DNA from: a bacterium
GTDB taxonomy: Bacteria; Hinthialibacterota; Hinthialibacteria; Hinthialibacterales; Hinthialibacteraceae
Direction: 5' to 3'
DNA length: 64,000 bases
Assembly (NCBI GenBank): GCA_963662285.2
Contig: CAXXMV010000006.1
Location: forward strand, 1,760,001-1,824,000
The stretch's first letter is position 1, and every line of letters begins with the position of its first letter. A program made the position numbers and the translations under genes. The notes under the pieces were generated by a model, which saw only the letters and a program-made list of their open reading frames with translations, made no database searches and was not told the origin of the DNA. Positions 20,595-31,320 of this stretch are shown here, one piece after another.

Positions 20595-20788
20595 AATAAG
20601 GCTTATCTTGTCTATCCTATAATCCTTGCCTACCCACTTAAACCAATGAGACGATTATTCAATTCACGGGGAACCAAAGACGGCAGATGAGGTGCTTTTA
20701 ATCAGTGCTTATCACAACACATAAGTCTATAATTTTTTTTGTATAATCATTAGAATGGTAAAACTGTTTTTTCAAGAAAGAATGATAA

Positions 20789-21547
20789 ATGAAACCAAAA
20801 ATTAAAGCAATTACTTTCGATCTCTGGGACACTATATTCGCTGATGATACAGATGAACCTAAACGCGCAAAAGCAGGACGTCCATCTAAACCTATCGAGC
20901 GGAGGAATTTGGTATATAAATTCCTGCAAAAACAAGCTCCAATTTCAAAAGAATTAGTAGAAGCGACTTACAATGCAGCCGATGCTGCTTTTAACAAAGT
21001 ATGGCATGAGCAGTATGTGACTTGGTCCGTACGGGACCGATTGTCAATAATCTTTACTGCGTTAAAACGGGAATTACCCGAAGCAGAGATGGATGAGTTA
21101 GTTCGGCTTCATGAGGAAATGGAATTAGAATTTCGTCCGGAGCCTGCCTCAGGAGTACACGAAGTTTTGAGAACTCTGAAACAAAAATACAAATTAGGAA
21201 TTATCTCGGATGCAATTTTTAGCCCCGGCCGGGCGCTTCGTCAATTACTGGATGGAGAAGGATTGTTGCAGTATTTTGATTCCTTCATCTTTTCAGATGA
21301 AATTGGTTCTTCCAAACCAACTCCAATTGTGTTCGAGAAGGCTGCGGCGGAACTCGGGGTAGAGGTAAACGAAATTGTTCATATCGGAGATCGTGAACAA
21401 AATGATGTCGATGGTCCTCATGCGGTTGGCGCTCGTGCAGTCTATTTCACAGTTATTAAAGACCGGGGAAGCGAAAACACGACAGCCGAAGCCGTTTGCG
21501 CTGAGTATTCTAAACTGCCTGCCATCCTGGAGCAGATGGATATATAG
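20789..21547 (+). CDS. HAD superfamily hydrolase
   Basis: FDLWDT, IISD, KP, HIGD...DV motifs. Confidence 0.88.
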   Translation: MKPKIKAITFDLWDTIFADDTDEPKRAKAGRPSKPIERRNLVYKFLQKQAPISKELVEATYNAADAAFNKVWHEQYVTWSVRDRLSIIFTALKRELPEAEMDELVRLHEEMELEFRPEPASGVHEVLRTLKQKYKLGIISDAIFSPGRALRQLLDGEGLLQYFDSFIFSDEIGSSKPTPIVFEKAAAELGVEVNEIVHIGDREQNDVDGPHAVGARAVYFTVIKDRGSENTTAEAVCAEYSKLPAILEQMDI

Positions 21548-21603
21548 GAACTGAAATAAATAATCCTACATAACTATTCTTATTGCAAAAAGAAAGAAAA
21601 ATT

Positions 21604-22476
21604 ATGACGAACCAACACAAATTTTTGATTATCGATGGTTATTCCAAAAAAAGCCGTGATGATTTGGAAACTGCCGGTATGTGCCTGGCATGGGATTTAT
21701 ATGTGAAATTGTTGAATCGCTACTTGCCGGATGCCGCTTATGATATTTTGCTTCCCAGCGATCCGGGCGTCGAGATGCCTACCCAAGAGAAACTTAATGG
21801 GTATAGCGGCATAATCTGGACCGGATGCAACCTCACGATATATGATCATAATGATCCCAGCGTGACAAAACAGATCAAATTAGCAGAAGATGCTTACGAA
21901 GTAGGAATTCCAAGTTTCGGAAGTTGTTGGGGCATTCAAATGGCTGCAGCGGCTGCGGGAGGTGAAATTCAACTCAATCCCAAGGGCCGGGAGATGGGAA
22001 TTGCCAGGAAAATTCAATTAACCCCGGAAGGGCGGAGTCACCCGATGTATGAGGGCAAGCCGCCTGTATTCAATGCGTTTATCAGTCATGACGATCATAT
22101 TACAAAACTTCCACCAGGAGGGGTGTTGCTGGCGGGGAATGATCATTCCAGCGTACAGGCAATATCAGTAACTCACAAAAAGGGGACATTCTGGGGAGTT
22201 CAATATCATCCGGAATATGACCTGCATGAGATGGCTCGATTAATTGTGGCTAGAGAGCATAAACTAGTTCCAACCGGTTTTTTCGCAGGTCATGATGACT
22301 TGGTTCAGTATGTCGAAAAGTTGGAAACTCTTTTTTCAAATCCCGACACGAAATCCCTGCGCTGGCAATTGGATATCGATGATGATATTTTATCGGATCA
22401 GATTCGGCAATGCGAATTCGCCAATTGGATCAAAAACCTTGTTCTTCCTTACACAGAAAAAAAGCAGAACGCGTAA
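21604..22476 (+). CDS. Class I glutamine amidotransferase
   Basis: GSCWGIQ nucleophile; QYHPE. Confidence 0.88.
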   Translation: MTNQHKFLIIDGYSKKSRDDLETAGMCLAWDLYVKLLNRYLPDAAYDILLPSDPGVEMPTQEKLNGYSGIIWTGCNLTIYDHNDPSVTKQIKLAEDAYEVGIPSFGSCWGIQMAAAAAGGEIQLNPKGREMGIARKIQLTPEGRSHPMYEGKPPVFNAFISHDDHITKLPPGGVLLAGNDHSSVQAISVTHKKGTFWGVQYHPEYDLHEMARLIVAREHKLVPTGFFAGHDDLVQYVEKLETLFSNPDTKSLRWQLDIDDDILSDQIRQCEFANWIKNLVLPYTEKKQNA

Positions 22477-22503
22477 TCTTCAACACACGGTTTCTTTAAG
22501 TTT

Positions 22504-22535
22504 AAAAACCACGCTCGAAATGGCGTGGTTTTTTT
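22504..22535. terminator. Bidirectional intrinsic terminator
   Basis: AAAAACCACGC-TCGAAATG-GCGTGGTTTTTTT between the convergent GATase gene and tRNA-Arg. Confidence 0.75.
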
Positions 22536-22621
22536 CTTGCACAACCAACAGAGGCACGTTTTAGACTTTATTTATGAGGTTATTGTGTATAAAAGAGTGT
22601 TTTTATCGGGAGTTTAGAGAG

Positions 22622-22695
22622 TACGCCTGGCGCGATTCGAACGCGCGACCTACGGATTAGGAATCCGGCGCTCTATCCGACTGAGCTACAGGCGC
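22622..22695 (-). tRNA. tRNA-Arg (anticodon CCT), CCA not encoded
   Basis: Reverse complement GCGCCTGTAGCTCAGTCGGATAGAGCGCCGGATT-CCT-AATCCGTAGGTCGCGCGTTCGAATCGCGCCAGGCGTA folds as a cloverleaf. Confidence 0.95.
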
Positions 22696-22804
22696 ATTAG
22701 TGATTTAATATTATTGCTGAATACTTTAATGCTTTTTATTCCTGCATCAAGCAGAAGATAGCGTTTGAAAGAAGCGTATTCTGTCCTGATGACGTCTCTG
22801 TATT

Positions 22805-23737
22805 TTACAGATGAGATTTGTACTTTTCAATATCGCATTTAATCTGATTAACCAGTTCATCTTTGGATGCGAATTTTTTCTCCTGACGCAACAATTCCAC
22901 AAATTCCACTATAATGAATCGGTTGTAAATGTCCTCATCGAAATCAAGAATATGCACTTCGGCGGTAGTATGCGACTCGTCAGTGAAAGTTGGAACTTTG
23001 CCGATATTCATTACGCCGTTTAATGGCGCCGCATCAAGATCATCCAGGCGAATCCTAACTCCATAGACTCCATTGGGTGGAATAGCTTGGGCGTCTATAT
23101 TGATGTTAGCAGTGGGGAAACCGATAGAACGACCCCGGCCATCGCCATTGATAACATTTCCCGCGAAAAAATATGGCCTACCCAGAAGATTGGCCGCCTC
23201 ACTTAAATTACCCTGAATAACTGATTGCCTGATCCTGCTGCTGCTAATGGGGGAATCATCATAAAATTGTTGTTCGATCACAACAATATCATCAAATGAA
23301 TTAGTCGACAGAGTTTTGAGCATATTGGCTGAACCTTGCCGGTTGTATCCGAAATGAAAATTGAAACCCACAATTATTTCATGAGCCGCTAATCGTTTGA
23401 TTAAAATTTCTGTTGTGAAATCTTTAGCAGAGGTATGACAAATTGTCTTATCAAACTGAACCGCTACTAAATAGTCGATATCATATGACTTGATAATCTG
23501 ACGCTTTAGAGGGAAAGGCGTAATTAAAGGAGTATGACTTTCAGGATTAAGTATGGAACTGGGATGATTGCGAAATGTAAAAACCACTGATTTGCCATTT
23601 CTAGCTCTGGCGCGGTTAATGCATGTATCTATCAAGCATTGATGCGCTTTATGAATTCCATCAAAGAATCCAAGCGCAACAACTATTTGATCTTCCGGCT
23701 GAAAAGCGCAATCCTCAAGCGAGTTAATCTCAATCAT
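22805..23737 (-). CDS. ribF: Bifunctional riboflavin kinase/FAD synthetase
   Basis: ALGFFDGIHKAH, VGFNFHFG, ISSSRIR, GRSIGFPTAN, EVHILDF. Confidence 0.95.
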   Translation of the reverse strand: MIEINSLEDCAFQPEDQIVVALGFFDGIHKAHQCLIDTCINRARARNGKSVVFTFRNHPSSILNPESHTPLITPFPLKRQIIKSYDIDYLVAVQFDKTICHTSAKDFTTEILIKRLAAHEIIVGFNFHFGYNRQGSANMLKTLSTNSFDDIVVIEQQFYDDSPISSSRIRQSVIQGNLSEAANLLGRPYFFAGNVINGDGRGRSIGFPTANINIDAQAIPPNGVYGVRIRLDDLDAAPLNGVMNIGKVPTFTDESHTTAEVHILDFDEDIYNRFIIVEFVELLRQEKKFASKDELVNQIKCDIEKYKSHL

Positions 23738-23810
23738 CAGTTATCTGCTATAAATAGTAATATAATTCAAATATATACGGTTTGTCATAAGTATGCCGTT
23801 GAAGCATTGT

Positions 23811-23901
23811 ATCCCTACCCCAAGCCTGGGGGAGGTTAGGAGGGAGTTGATTAATTGAAACGCAATCCCCCTCTAACTCCACCCAGGCTTGGGGGGAGAA
23901 T
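23811..23901. repeat. Palindromic REP/MITE-like doublet, copy 1
   Basis: CCCCAAGCCTGGGGGAGGTTAGGAGGGAGTTG...CAATCCCCCTCTAACTCCACCCAGGCTTGGGGGGAGAAT; near-identical to 52742-52831. Confidence 0.85.
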
Positions 23902-23912
23902 ATTACAACTGT

Positions 23913-25643
23913 TTAAACCGGAATAAGTTCGGCCATATCTTTTTCAAATTGATCCTTGATGCGTTTGATGCAATCGTCGAGATTGATCATCTCTTTTTCC
24001 AGGGTCTTGCGTAAGACGAATTCCAACTTGCCTTCTTTAAGAGAGCGTTCTCCAACCACTACCCGGTATGGAAGACCCAGTAAATCAGAATCTTTGAATT
24101 TTGATCCGGGACGTTCGTCGCGATCATCCATCAAAACGTCGAAGCCTTCTTTTTTCAATGATTGATATAGTTCTTCTGAAACCTGATTCACTTCATCGCT
24201 TTTGTTTGATAGTTTCAGAATATGGACATGGAAAGGCGCTACTGATACAGGCCATACAATTCCGTTATCATCGGCGTGTTCTTCCAATACCGCCGCCAGA
24301 GTACGGCTGACGCCGATGCCATAGCAACCCATCACCATAGGTTTACGGGCGCTATTGATGTCGGTGTAATAAGCTTGCAACGCTTCGCTATACTTGGTTC
24401 CCAGGATGAAGACATGACCCACTTCGATGCCGAAACTTAGTTTAATCGATGGCTTGCCGCATTTAGGGCAAACATCGCCTTCTTCAACGAATCGGAAATC
24501 ATGCCACTGGTCTACAGTGAAATCACGTCCCGCAACTACATTGCGTACATGATAATCGCCTTTGTTGGCGCCGGTTATTCCTGAAGCAATAGTTTTGATG
24601 GTATGGTCAGCGTAAATTTTAACATCTTTAAGACCTTGCGGGCCAGCGAATCCAACTGGCGCTCCGGTCACTTTTTTAATAATCTCCTCAGAAGCCAGTT
24701 CAACCTGGGCGCCCATTGCGTTGGTCAATTTAACTTCATTGAGAGTCTGGTCGCCTCGGATTAAAACCACAAATGGTTTGTCATTGCAGACGTAAACCAT
24801 GGTTTTTATCATCTGCTCTGGAGTCGTCTTGAGATACTTAGCTACTTCCTCAACCGTTTTCAACTCCGGTGTATGAACTTCTTCAATAGCAGGCGCCGAC
24901 TCATCAGCTTTGACTTCCTGCGGCATGGGCGCTTCGGTTAATTCGCGGTTCGCTTTGTAATCGCATTCTGAACAGATAACCAGTTCAGCTTCGCCGATAT
25001 CAGCGGGAACCATAAACTCATGCGAGTGCTTTCCACCCATGACGCCGGTATCCGCCTCAACCGGCACAGTAGTAAGACCGCAGCGATGGAATAACCGTGA
25101 ATAGGCGTTGTACATGTTTTGATAAGATTTAGCCGCGCCTTCATTATCAACATCAAATGAATAGGCGTCTTTCATGATGAATTCACGCGCCCTCACAATA
25201 CCGAAGCGGGGACGGATCTCATCACGGAATTTTGTTTGAATTTGATATAGATTTTTAGGCAGGTCGCGGTAAGAGCGAATCTCGCCAGCCACCAGGTTGG
25301 TAACCACTTCTTCGTGGGTTGGTCCAAGGACGAATTCACGGTTATTACGGTCAGCCAGGCGCATCAATTCCGGACCCATGATATCCCAGCGGCCTGATTC
25401 TTTCCAAATCGATTCGGGCTGTAAGGTAGGCATGTGAATTTCTATGGCGCCAGCGTTATTCATCTCTTCACGTACAATGTCAGAAATCTTTCTCAGCGCT
25501 TGCCAACCCATAGGTAAATAAATATATAAACCCGCCGCTAATTGGCGGACTAATCCGGCGCGCATCATTAAAATGTGGCTCTTGGCTTCTGCTTCTTTAG
25601 GCGCTTCACGTAGAGTGGGGAAAAAACCAGCTGACTGTTTCAT
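23913..25643 (-). CDS. proS: Proline--tRNA ligase
   Basis: LGPTHEE, FRDEIRPRFG, REFIMKDAYSF, GIEVGHVF, MGCYGIGVSR; editing insertion present. Confidence 0.98.
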   Translation of the reverse strand: MKQSAGFFPTLREAPKEAEAKSHILMMRAGLVRQLAAGLYIYLPMGWQALRKISDIVREEMNNAGAIEIHMPTLQPESIWKESGRWDIMGPELMRLADRNNREFVLGPTHEEVVTNLVAGEIRSYRDLPKNLYQIQTKFRDEIRPRFGIVRAREFIMKDAYSFDVDNEGAAKSYQNMYNAYSRLFHRCGLTTVPVEADTGVMGGKHSHEFMVPADIGEAELVICSECDYKANRELTEAPMPQEVKADESAPAIEEVHTPELKTVEEVAKYLKTTPEQMIKTMVYVCNDKPFVVLIRGDQTLNEVKLTNAMGAQVELASEEIIKKVTGAPVGFAGPQGLKDVKIYADHTIKTIASGITGANKGDYHVRNVVAGRDFTVDQWHDFRFVEEGDVCPKCGKPSIKLSFGIEVGHVFILGTKYSEALQAYYTDINSARKPMVMGCYGIGVSRTLAAVLEEHADDNGIVWPVSVAPFHVHILKLSNKSDEVNQVSEELYQSLKKEGFDVLMDDRDERPGSKFKDSDLLGLPYRVVVGERSLKEGKLEFVLRKTLEKEMINLDDCIKRIKDQFEKDMAELIPV

Positions 25644-25684
25644 TAGTATAAAGTCCTGCTAAAAAAATTTGGAATAATCGTAAT

Positions 25685-25709
25685 GAACGCCGATCATTGA
25701 TCGGCGTTC
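25685..25709. terminator. 12-bp perfect inverted repeat between rseP and proS
   Basis: GAACGCCGATCA-T-TGATCGGCGTTC. Confidence 0.45.
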
Positions 25710-25765
25710 TTATTATCTATAATAGATACAAACAATAAATGAATCACGGTCTGGACGATGGATTG

Positions 25766-27544
25766 TTAAAAGATCAATCCTTTTATCCAGGAAAACAGGT
25801 CTGTCCGGGCCAGATCGTTATAGATCAAGAAGAAGAAAAGCGGAATAATCAGCGCAAATCCTATTTTCCCGAATGTCTCCATCTGTTTCATGGTCAACGG
25901 TTTGCGGCGTACTGTTTCGATTGAATAAATCACCGCATGAGCTCCATCAAATGGAGGTATGGGGAAGAGATTGATAAGACCAAGGTTAACCGATAATAGC
26001 GCGATAAAGCCCAGGAAACGCTCCATTCCCCAACGGCCGCTCTCACCGGAAATCTGATAGATGGCGATTGGTCCGCCCAGCAGTTTATGAGAAATATTAC
26101 CCGTAAATAACTTACCCAGGAACTTAAGCATAAAACCACAGGAATGAGTTACCTTGTTCCAACTCATAGTAACCGCTCCCAGAACGCCGATATTCATACG
26201 ATCCGCTTTTAGATCGATTCCAATACTGGCGATGGGGTACCGTTTGCCGGTTTTTAGACTGGTCGGCGTAGGAATATTCTGCAAGGTTACTTGTGGAGTA
26301 ATAGTAGCCGTATGCATTTGATTATCGGGTGAAAGCCAGGTGACTTCCAATGGCGCGGTAGAATAGGCGTCGCCCTCTTGAGTAATCTCTGCGCCGTATA
26401 TACGTTGCAAGACTTCTACCCAGTCGTCAATTGGTTCGTTATTGATTTGGACAATACGGCAGTCGCTGGTAATACCGGCATTAGCAGCGGGGCTGCCTTC
26501 TTTTACTGTACCGATAACTGGACTCAGTTTTGGAGAGACTCCCAATAGTGCCAGTGATGGAGTCAGATACTCTTGAATAGTGACTTCACCATCATAGACA
26601 ATGCCGATGCGCATTTTCGGTTGATATGGCAGAGCATCTTCAGCTGGTTGAGTAACGCCAGCAGTAATAGTTACAGTTTGGGTGGCGCCTTGCAGGTCTT
26701 TGCAGAGGAAATTCATTTCCTTGGCCGTGAAAGTACCATCAGGGGCTTTTTCAAAGCTGGATGCTATGTAATTAGAGAACTCAGCGCGGTTGTTAATCTT
26801 AATTCCATCAATGCTAAGGACTGATAATCCCGGTTTCAATCCGGCTTTTTCAGCCGGGCTATCGGGTAATATTCGAGTGATAAAAGCGCCTTCAACCAAA
26901 TCGGGAGACTCGATAGGATCAGTTTCTAGATCATTGATCATAGTCGGCAGCGTTTTTTCTTTGGTAATTGCCTGACCATCCCGTTCAACTGTTATGGTGA
27001 ACTTTTCTTGACTAGGATCAGACTGGAGCAGGTTAATATCATTCCATGATTCGGTTGCTTGGCCATTGATGGCGGTAATTTTATCTCCGTTATGCAGCCC
27101 CATTTCCCAGCCCCATGATCCGACTGGAACCTGGCCTATTGTGGTTGTTGCTGTATATGATTGTCCAAATACAAGAAACATCAGGACATAGATCAAATAA
27201 GCTAGAACGAAATTCATGAATGGACCGGCGACAACGATTAAGATGCGTCGCCAGGGGGCCAATTGTAGATATTCCCATTCGGCGCCGGTTAGTTCTTCTT
27301 CCGGGTCCATACCTCTGATTTTCACTAAGCCGCCCAAGGGTAAAAGTCGTAGTGAATATTCCGTGCCATGCCAGTTATACTTGAATAACTTTTTACCGAA
27401 GCCCACCGCGAATTCATCGACTTTAGCGCCGGTTAATTTGGCGACGATAAAGTGACCCCATTCGTGAAAGATGACGGCCAGCCCTAAAACTACAGCGAAA
27501 TAGAAAATACTAGTAAAAGCAGATGTAAATGGTTCAATACTCAT
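25766..27544 (-). CDS. rseP: RIP metalloprotease RseP (M50) with three PDZ domains
   Basis: HEWGH, AGPFMN, NLFPIPPFDG; three PDZ-like segments. Confidence 0.93.
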   Translation of the reverse strand: MSIEPFTSAFTSIFYFAVVLGLAVIFHEWGHFIVAKLTGAKVDEFAVGFGKKLFKYNWHGTEYSLRLLPLGGLVKIRGMDPEEELTGAEWEYLQLAPWRRILIVVAGPFMNFVLAYLIYVLMFLVFGQSYTATTTIGQVPVGSWGWEMGLHNGDKITAINGQATESWNDINLLQSDPSQEKFTITVERDGQAITKEKTLPTMINDLETDPIESPDLVEGAFITRILPDSPAEKAGLKPGLSVLSIDGIKINNRAEFSNYIASSFEKAPDGTFTAKEMNFLCKDLQGATQTVTITAGVTQPAEDALPYQPKMRIGIVYDGEVTIQEYLTPSLALLGVSPKLSPVIGTVKEGSPAANAGITSDCRIVQINNEPIDDWVEVLQRIYGAEITQEGDAYSTAPLEVTWLSPDNQMHTATITPQVTLQNIPTPTSLKTGKRYPIASIGIDLKADRMNIGVLGAVTMSWNKVTHSCGFMLKFLGKLFTGNISHKLLGGPIAIYQISGESGRWGMERFLGFIALLSVNLGLINLFPIPPFDGAHAVIYSIETVRRKPLTMKQMETFGKIGFALIIPLFFFLIYNDLARTDLFSWIKGLIF

Positions 27545-27839
27545 AAGGATTGTTTAACCGATTTCTGAGAATTTTTGTTAACCGGGGTTTCCGGATATGT
27601 ATAAATCGTGTGATGATAACGTTTACGTCTTTTAAATTATAACGGTTGGACATCAGGAAAAGTGATTTTACAATAACAGAAGCCATTGAAAAAACTTAAG
27701 AAAGACTTCTTGGTAAAAAATATCGCGTCACTGAAGCAACACAGTATAATCAAGTATTAAATTTAGCATTTATAATGTGTTATGTCAAGAAAAATACTCA
27801 TCATCCATTGAACCAATAGAGAACGAAAGATGATAAAAA

Positions 27840-29351
27840 ATGCGTAGAATTCCTATGTCTATTTGGATTATAGCAGCTCTGTCTTTTATAGTGAGGTTGA
27901 CATTGGTTTGGCTCAATAAAGCCGAATATACCGATGGCGTTATTCAGTTGGAATTATTGCAGAGTCCGGTCGTCTTTTTCCCTCCTGGATATTCAGCCGC
28001 CGTATGGTCGATTGATGGAATTCTGGGCAACCTGCTTTATTCCGGCCGTATCACCTCAGTTTTGGCGTCAACCGGTTCCGTGATAGTATGCTTCCTTCTG
28101 GCCAGAAGGATTTTGAACCATGAGCGCACCGCAGTTATCGCTGCTTTATTGCTCACCCTATCCCCCATATTCAATCGATGGTCTATAAGGGTGATGACTG
28201 ATTCTCTATTTTTACTGGTTTTCTTGATTTGTTGCTTGCAATACATGAATCTTCTGGCGAATCCTAAGAAATCACCAATTCGCTTTCTGGGCTGGATCGG
28301 CATCGCCTGTCTGGTTCGTTATCAGGGATTATATTTTATCCCGTTTTTCCTATATTTACTCTGGACGCGCAGAAAAGCCATAAAAGACTCTGGCATTGGC
28401 CGGCAGTTAATTCCGGCATTAGTTTCATTGACGCCCTGGGCGCTGCTGGGATTTTGGATTCTCATTCGCGGCTTTGGACATGCTCAACAATTCATTGACC
28501 GGGGTTCCTACGGTTTTTGGCTCACCTTATCGCTCTATTTTGGCATGTTTGAAACATATCTTATTTATTGGCCGTGGGTTATGACTTATGGAGCGTTTAT
28601 CTTGGGTTGTTGCGGCATCTTTTTGATTAGCCGGAACAATGGTCTGGAAAAGCGCTTTGCGCTTTTTATGTTAATTACGGCTGTAGTTTTTCTGGTAGTT
28701 CATAGTTGTTTCCTGTCCTTTCAATATAGATACCTGTTGCCCCTGGTTCCTTTGTGGTGCATCGCCGCAGCCCGTGGATGGGTGGAGATGGAATTAAGCA
28801 TTCCACAGAAATATGTTAACCTGCTGAAAATACTTATTATTACCAATATGGTTGTAATGAGTGCATCGGTGCTCTATTTTCAACGCGCCGCGTTCGGTGA
28901 TATCGCCGATTCAGCTCGTTTTATTAATTCCGCAAAATTCAAACGCATGGTTGAAGATGATTCCCGTATTCTGTCCGACGAGATATACCGCCAGGGCGTT
29001 TATAACGTAAAGATGAAATTCTGGGCGGGGCAGGGCGCCGGAATTCATTTCTATCCCATGACTGAGCCGAGAGTCAATGATGTGGTGATCCTGCATAATA
29101 CTTATTCGGACCTGGTTGAAGAGAAAAAACGCCTGGAACAAAAGTTCGATTTATCTGTTATGCAAACCTGGTCATCCAGAAATATATGGGGAGATTACAC
29201 CTCACTGCCATTGCTGCCGGATATTATGGTCAATCCTGATAAGGTTTCACTTACCAGCAATCCTCCATGCATGGCTTTCAGATTCTCTCCTCAGACATAT
29301 TATTCTGTTGCGCTGATGCTGAAGGATAAACGTTTACCGGAAAGTAAGTAA
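27840..29351 (+). CDS. GT-C (family 39-like) integral membrane glycosyltransferase
   Basis: Multi-TM; EYTD, PPGY, MTDSLF, RYLLP motifs. Confidence 0.72.
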   Translation: MRRIPMSIWIIAALSFIVRLTLVWLNKAEYTDGVIQLELLQSPVVFFPPGYSAAVWSIDGILGNLLYSGRITSVLASTGSVIVCFLLARRILNHERTAVIAALLLTLSPIFNRWSIRVMTDSLFLLVFLICCLQYMNLLANPKKSPIRFLGWIGIACLVRYQGLYFIPFFLYLLWTRRKAIKDSGIGRQLIPALVSLTPWALLGFWILIRGFGHAQQFIDRGSYGFWLTLSLYFGMFETYLIYWPWVMTYGAFILGCCGIFLISRNNGLEKRFALFMLITAVVFLVVHSCFLSFQYRYLLPLVPLWCIAAARGWVEMELSIPQKYVNLLKILIITNMVVMSASVLYFQRAAFGDIADSARFINSAKFKRMVEDDSRILSDEIYRQGVYNVKMKFWAGQGAGIHFYPMTEPRVNDVVILHNTYSDLVEEKKRLEQKFDLSVMQTWSSRNIWGDYTSLPLLPDIMVNPDKVSLTSNPPCMAFRFSPQTYYSVALMLKDKRLPESK

Positions 29352-29354
29352 AAA

Positions 29355-30443
29355 ATGAGAATATGCTATATCGGAGATGGTCAGTCGGTTCACAATCATT
29401 TCATGATCGATTGGTTTCGCAAACGCGGTCATTCCCTTTTGTTTTTGACTGATACGCCAGAATACAGTCCTGATTGCGAGGTCAAAGCAGTGGTTAAGCG
29501 TCACGGTGGAGGACCGTTGCGCCATTTACTCGCCGGATGGAGAGTCCGCTCCATGATTCGCCAGTGGAAGCCGGACATCGTACATGCGCACAACGTTACG
29601 GGATATGGATATTGGGGGGCGATGTCTGGCTTTTCTCCATTGGTCATGACTTCGTGGGGTTCAGACTTGATGATTTTCGCCAAAAACAGCCTGTTGGTTA
29701 GAATAATGGCGCAATTGTCCCTGCGCCGCGCTGACCTGATTACAGCTGACGCCAATGATTTATGCGATACAGCTGCTCAATTAGCGGGTAATAAAGCGGA
29801 TGTGCGCTTGCTTCAGTGGGGAGTCGATTTAGATGAATTTGATAAGGAAATCACTGAAACTGTTAGAGATAATTACCGCGATGGAAAAGAGATCGTTTTC
29901 CTAAGTACGCGTCGTTTGAGGCCTATTTATAATATTGACGTCATTATAAAAGCCTACGCATCAATTAAAGATAAGTTGCCGCCTAGCAGGTTAATTGTTG
30001 TGGGTGATGATTTTCTAAGCGAAGAATTGAAGAATTTAAGTAAAGACCTGAACGTTGAGCGGAATCTCTATTTCACTGGCTGGTTGGAGCGCGATGAGTA
30101 TGTAAATATCATGAAATCAGCCGATATTTTTATATCCATTCCTACCAGCGACAGTACGGCGTTGTCGTTGTTGGAGGCGTTCGCGGCGCGTTCGGCGGTT
30201 ATTACCGGCGATCTTCGAGCCAATAGAGAGTGGATTACAGATCACGAAAACGGATTGCTGGTCGAACCACAAAATATAGAAGCATTATCTGACGCGATGG
30301 TGGATGCCGCTTCTGATCCAGAGCGCATTAACCAATGGGGCGCAATGAACCGTATTATGGTTGAAGACCGGGGAGAGCGTCAAAAAGAGATGCTGCGTTT
30401 AGAAAGGATGTATGAGGAATTATTATGCAAAAAGAAAACATGA
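29355..30443 (+). CDS. Glycosyltransferase family 4
   Basis: KPDIVHAH, WGSD, SDSTALSLLEAFA. Confidence 0.88.
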   Translation: MRICYIGDGQSVHNHFMIDWFRKRGHSLLFLTDTPEYSPDCEVKAVVKRHGGGPLRHLLAGWRVRSMIRQWKPDIVHAHNVTGYGYWGAMSGFSPLVMTSWGSDLMIFAKNSLLVRIMAQLSLRRADLITADANDLCDTAAQLAGNKADVRLLQWGVDLDEFDKEITETVRDNYRDGKEIVFLSTRRLRPIYNIDVIIKAYASIKDKLPPSRLIVVGDDFLSEELKNLSKDLNVERNLYFTGWLERDEYVNIMKSADIFISIPTSDSTALSLLEAFAARSAVITGDLRANREWITDHENGLLVEPQNIEALSDAMVDAASDPERINQWGAMNRIMVEDRGERQKEMLRLERMYEELLCKKKT

Positions 30444-31060
30444 TTTTTTTTGATGATCTAGCAGCAACTTATGAAGACCGGCCTGGTTTGGTTGATTTAA
30501 TGAGGGATATTGGAGAATCCATGGTCAAAGAGGCTAAACCGGCCCAAGACTGGGACATCCTGGATTATGGATGCGGTACCGGATTGATATCGTTATACTT
30601 ACTGCCGCATGTCAGAAGCGTTGTTGGAGCGGATAGTTCAGAAAATATGCTGGCTGAACTCCACAAGAAGATTGATAACCAGCATATTGAATCAATCAAA
30701 ACTATCAAACTCGATTTATGCCAAGACCCTATACCGCAAGAACGTTATCACGCCATTGTAATCAGCATGGCGCTGCATCATGTGTTTGACACGCAAGAAC
30801 TTATATCCCAATTCCACCAGCTGCTGCATCCAGGAGGCGTATTATGCATCGCTGATCTGGATGCGGAGCCGGGAACCTTTCATGGCGATCCCAACGCCGC
30901 CTTCCATAATGGCTTTGAGCGTGAAGATTTGATAAATCAAGTAAATAACATAGGTTTTTGTAACGCAAAGGCAACCTCAGCCGCTAACCTTAATAAACTA
31001 GATGATGATGGCGTTAAAAGGGATTATTCCATTTTTCTAATAACCTGCCGGAAAGCATAG
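30425..31060 (+). CDS. Class I SAM-dependent methyltransferase
   Basis: ILDYGCGTG, SMALHH, LHPGG. Confidence 0.9.
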   Translation: MQKENMIFFDDLAATYEDRPGLVDLMRDIGESMVKEAKPAQDWDILDYGCGTGLISLYLLPHVRSVVGADSSENMLAELHKKIDNQHIESIKTIKLDLCQDPIPQERYHAIVISMALHHVFDTQELISQFHQLLHPGGVLCIADLDAEPGTFHGDPNAAFHNGFEREDLINQVNNIGFCNAKATSAANLNKLDDDGVKRDYSIFLITCRKA

Positions 31061-31133
31061 GCGATACATAAACATAAAAACGGCAGTTAGATAGTAATTA
31101 TAACGCTAAATGGAAATCTAAGGTTGTATCAAA

Positions 31134-31288
31134 CAACCCCCTCTTGAATTCTCCCCCAAACTTGGGGGAGAGGGGTTTTGGATATAAATGGTTGTATTAT
31201 TATGACTTAGGTATACAATATGATGTAGTCATACATTCCTCTCCCAAGACTGGGAGAGGTTAGGAGAGGGTTGATATAAACCACCCTC
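31134..31288. repeat. Palindromic REP/MITE-like elements, diverged copies in back-to-back arrangement
   Basis: CAACCCCCTC...CTCCCCCAAACTTGGGGGAG and ATTCCTCTCCCAAGACTGGGAGAGGTTAGGAGAGGGTTG; same family as 23811 and 52742. Confidence 0.75.
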
Positions 31289-31320
31289 GCAAAGCAATAA
31301 CCAACCAGCGGAGGGGCAGA

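Noticed and set aside
22622-22695. tRNAs lacking an encoded CCA
   Set aside because: Common in many bacteria; CCA is added enzymatically
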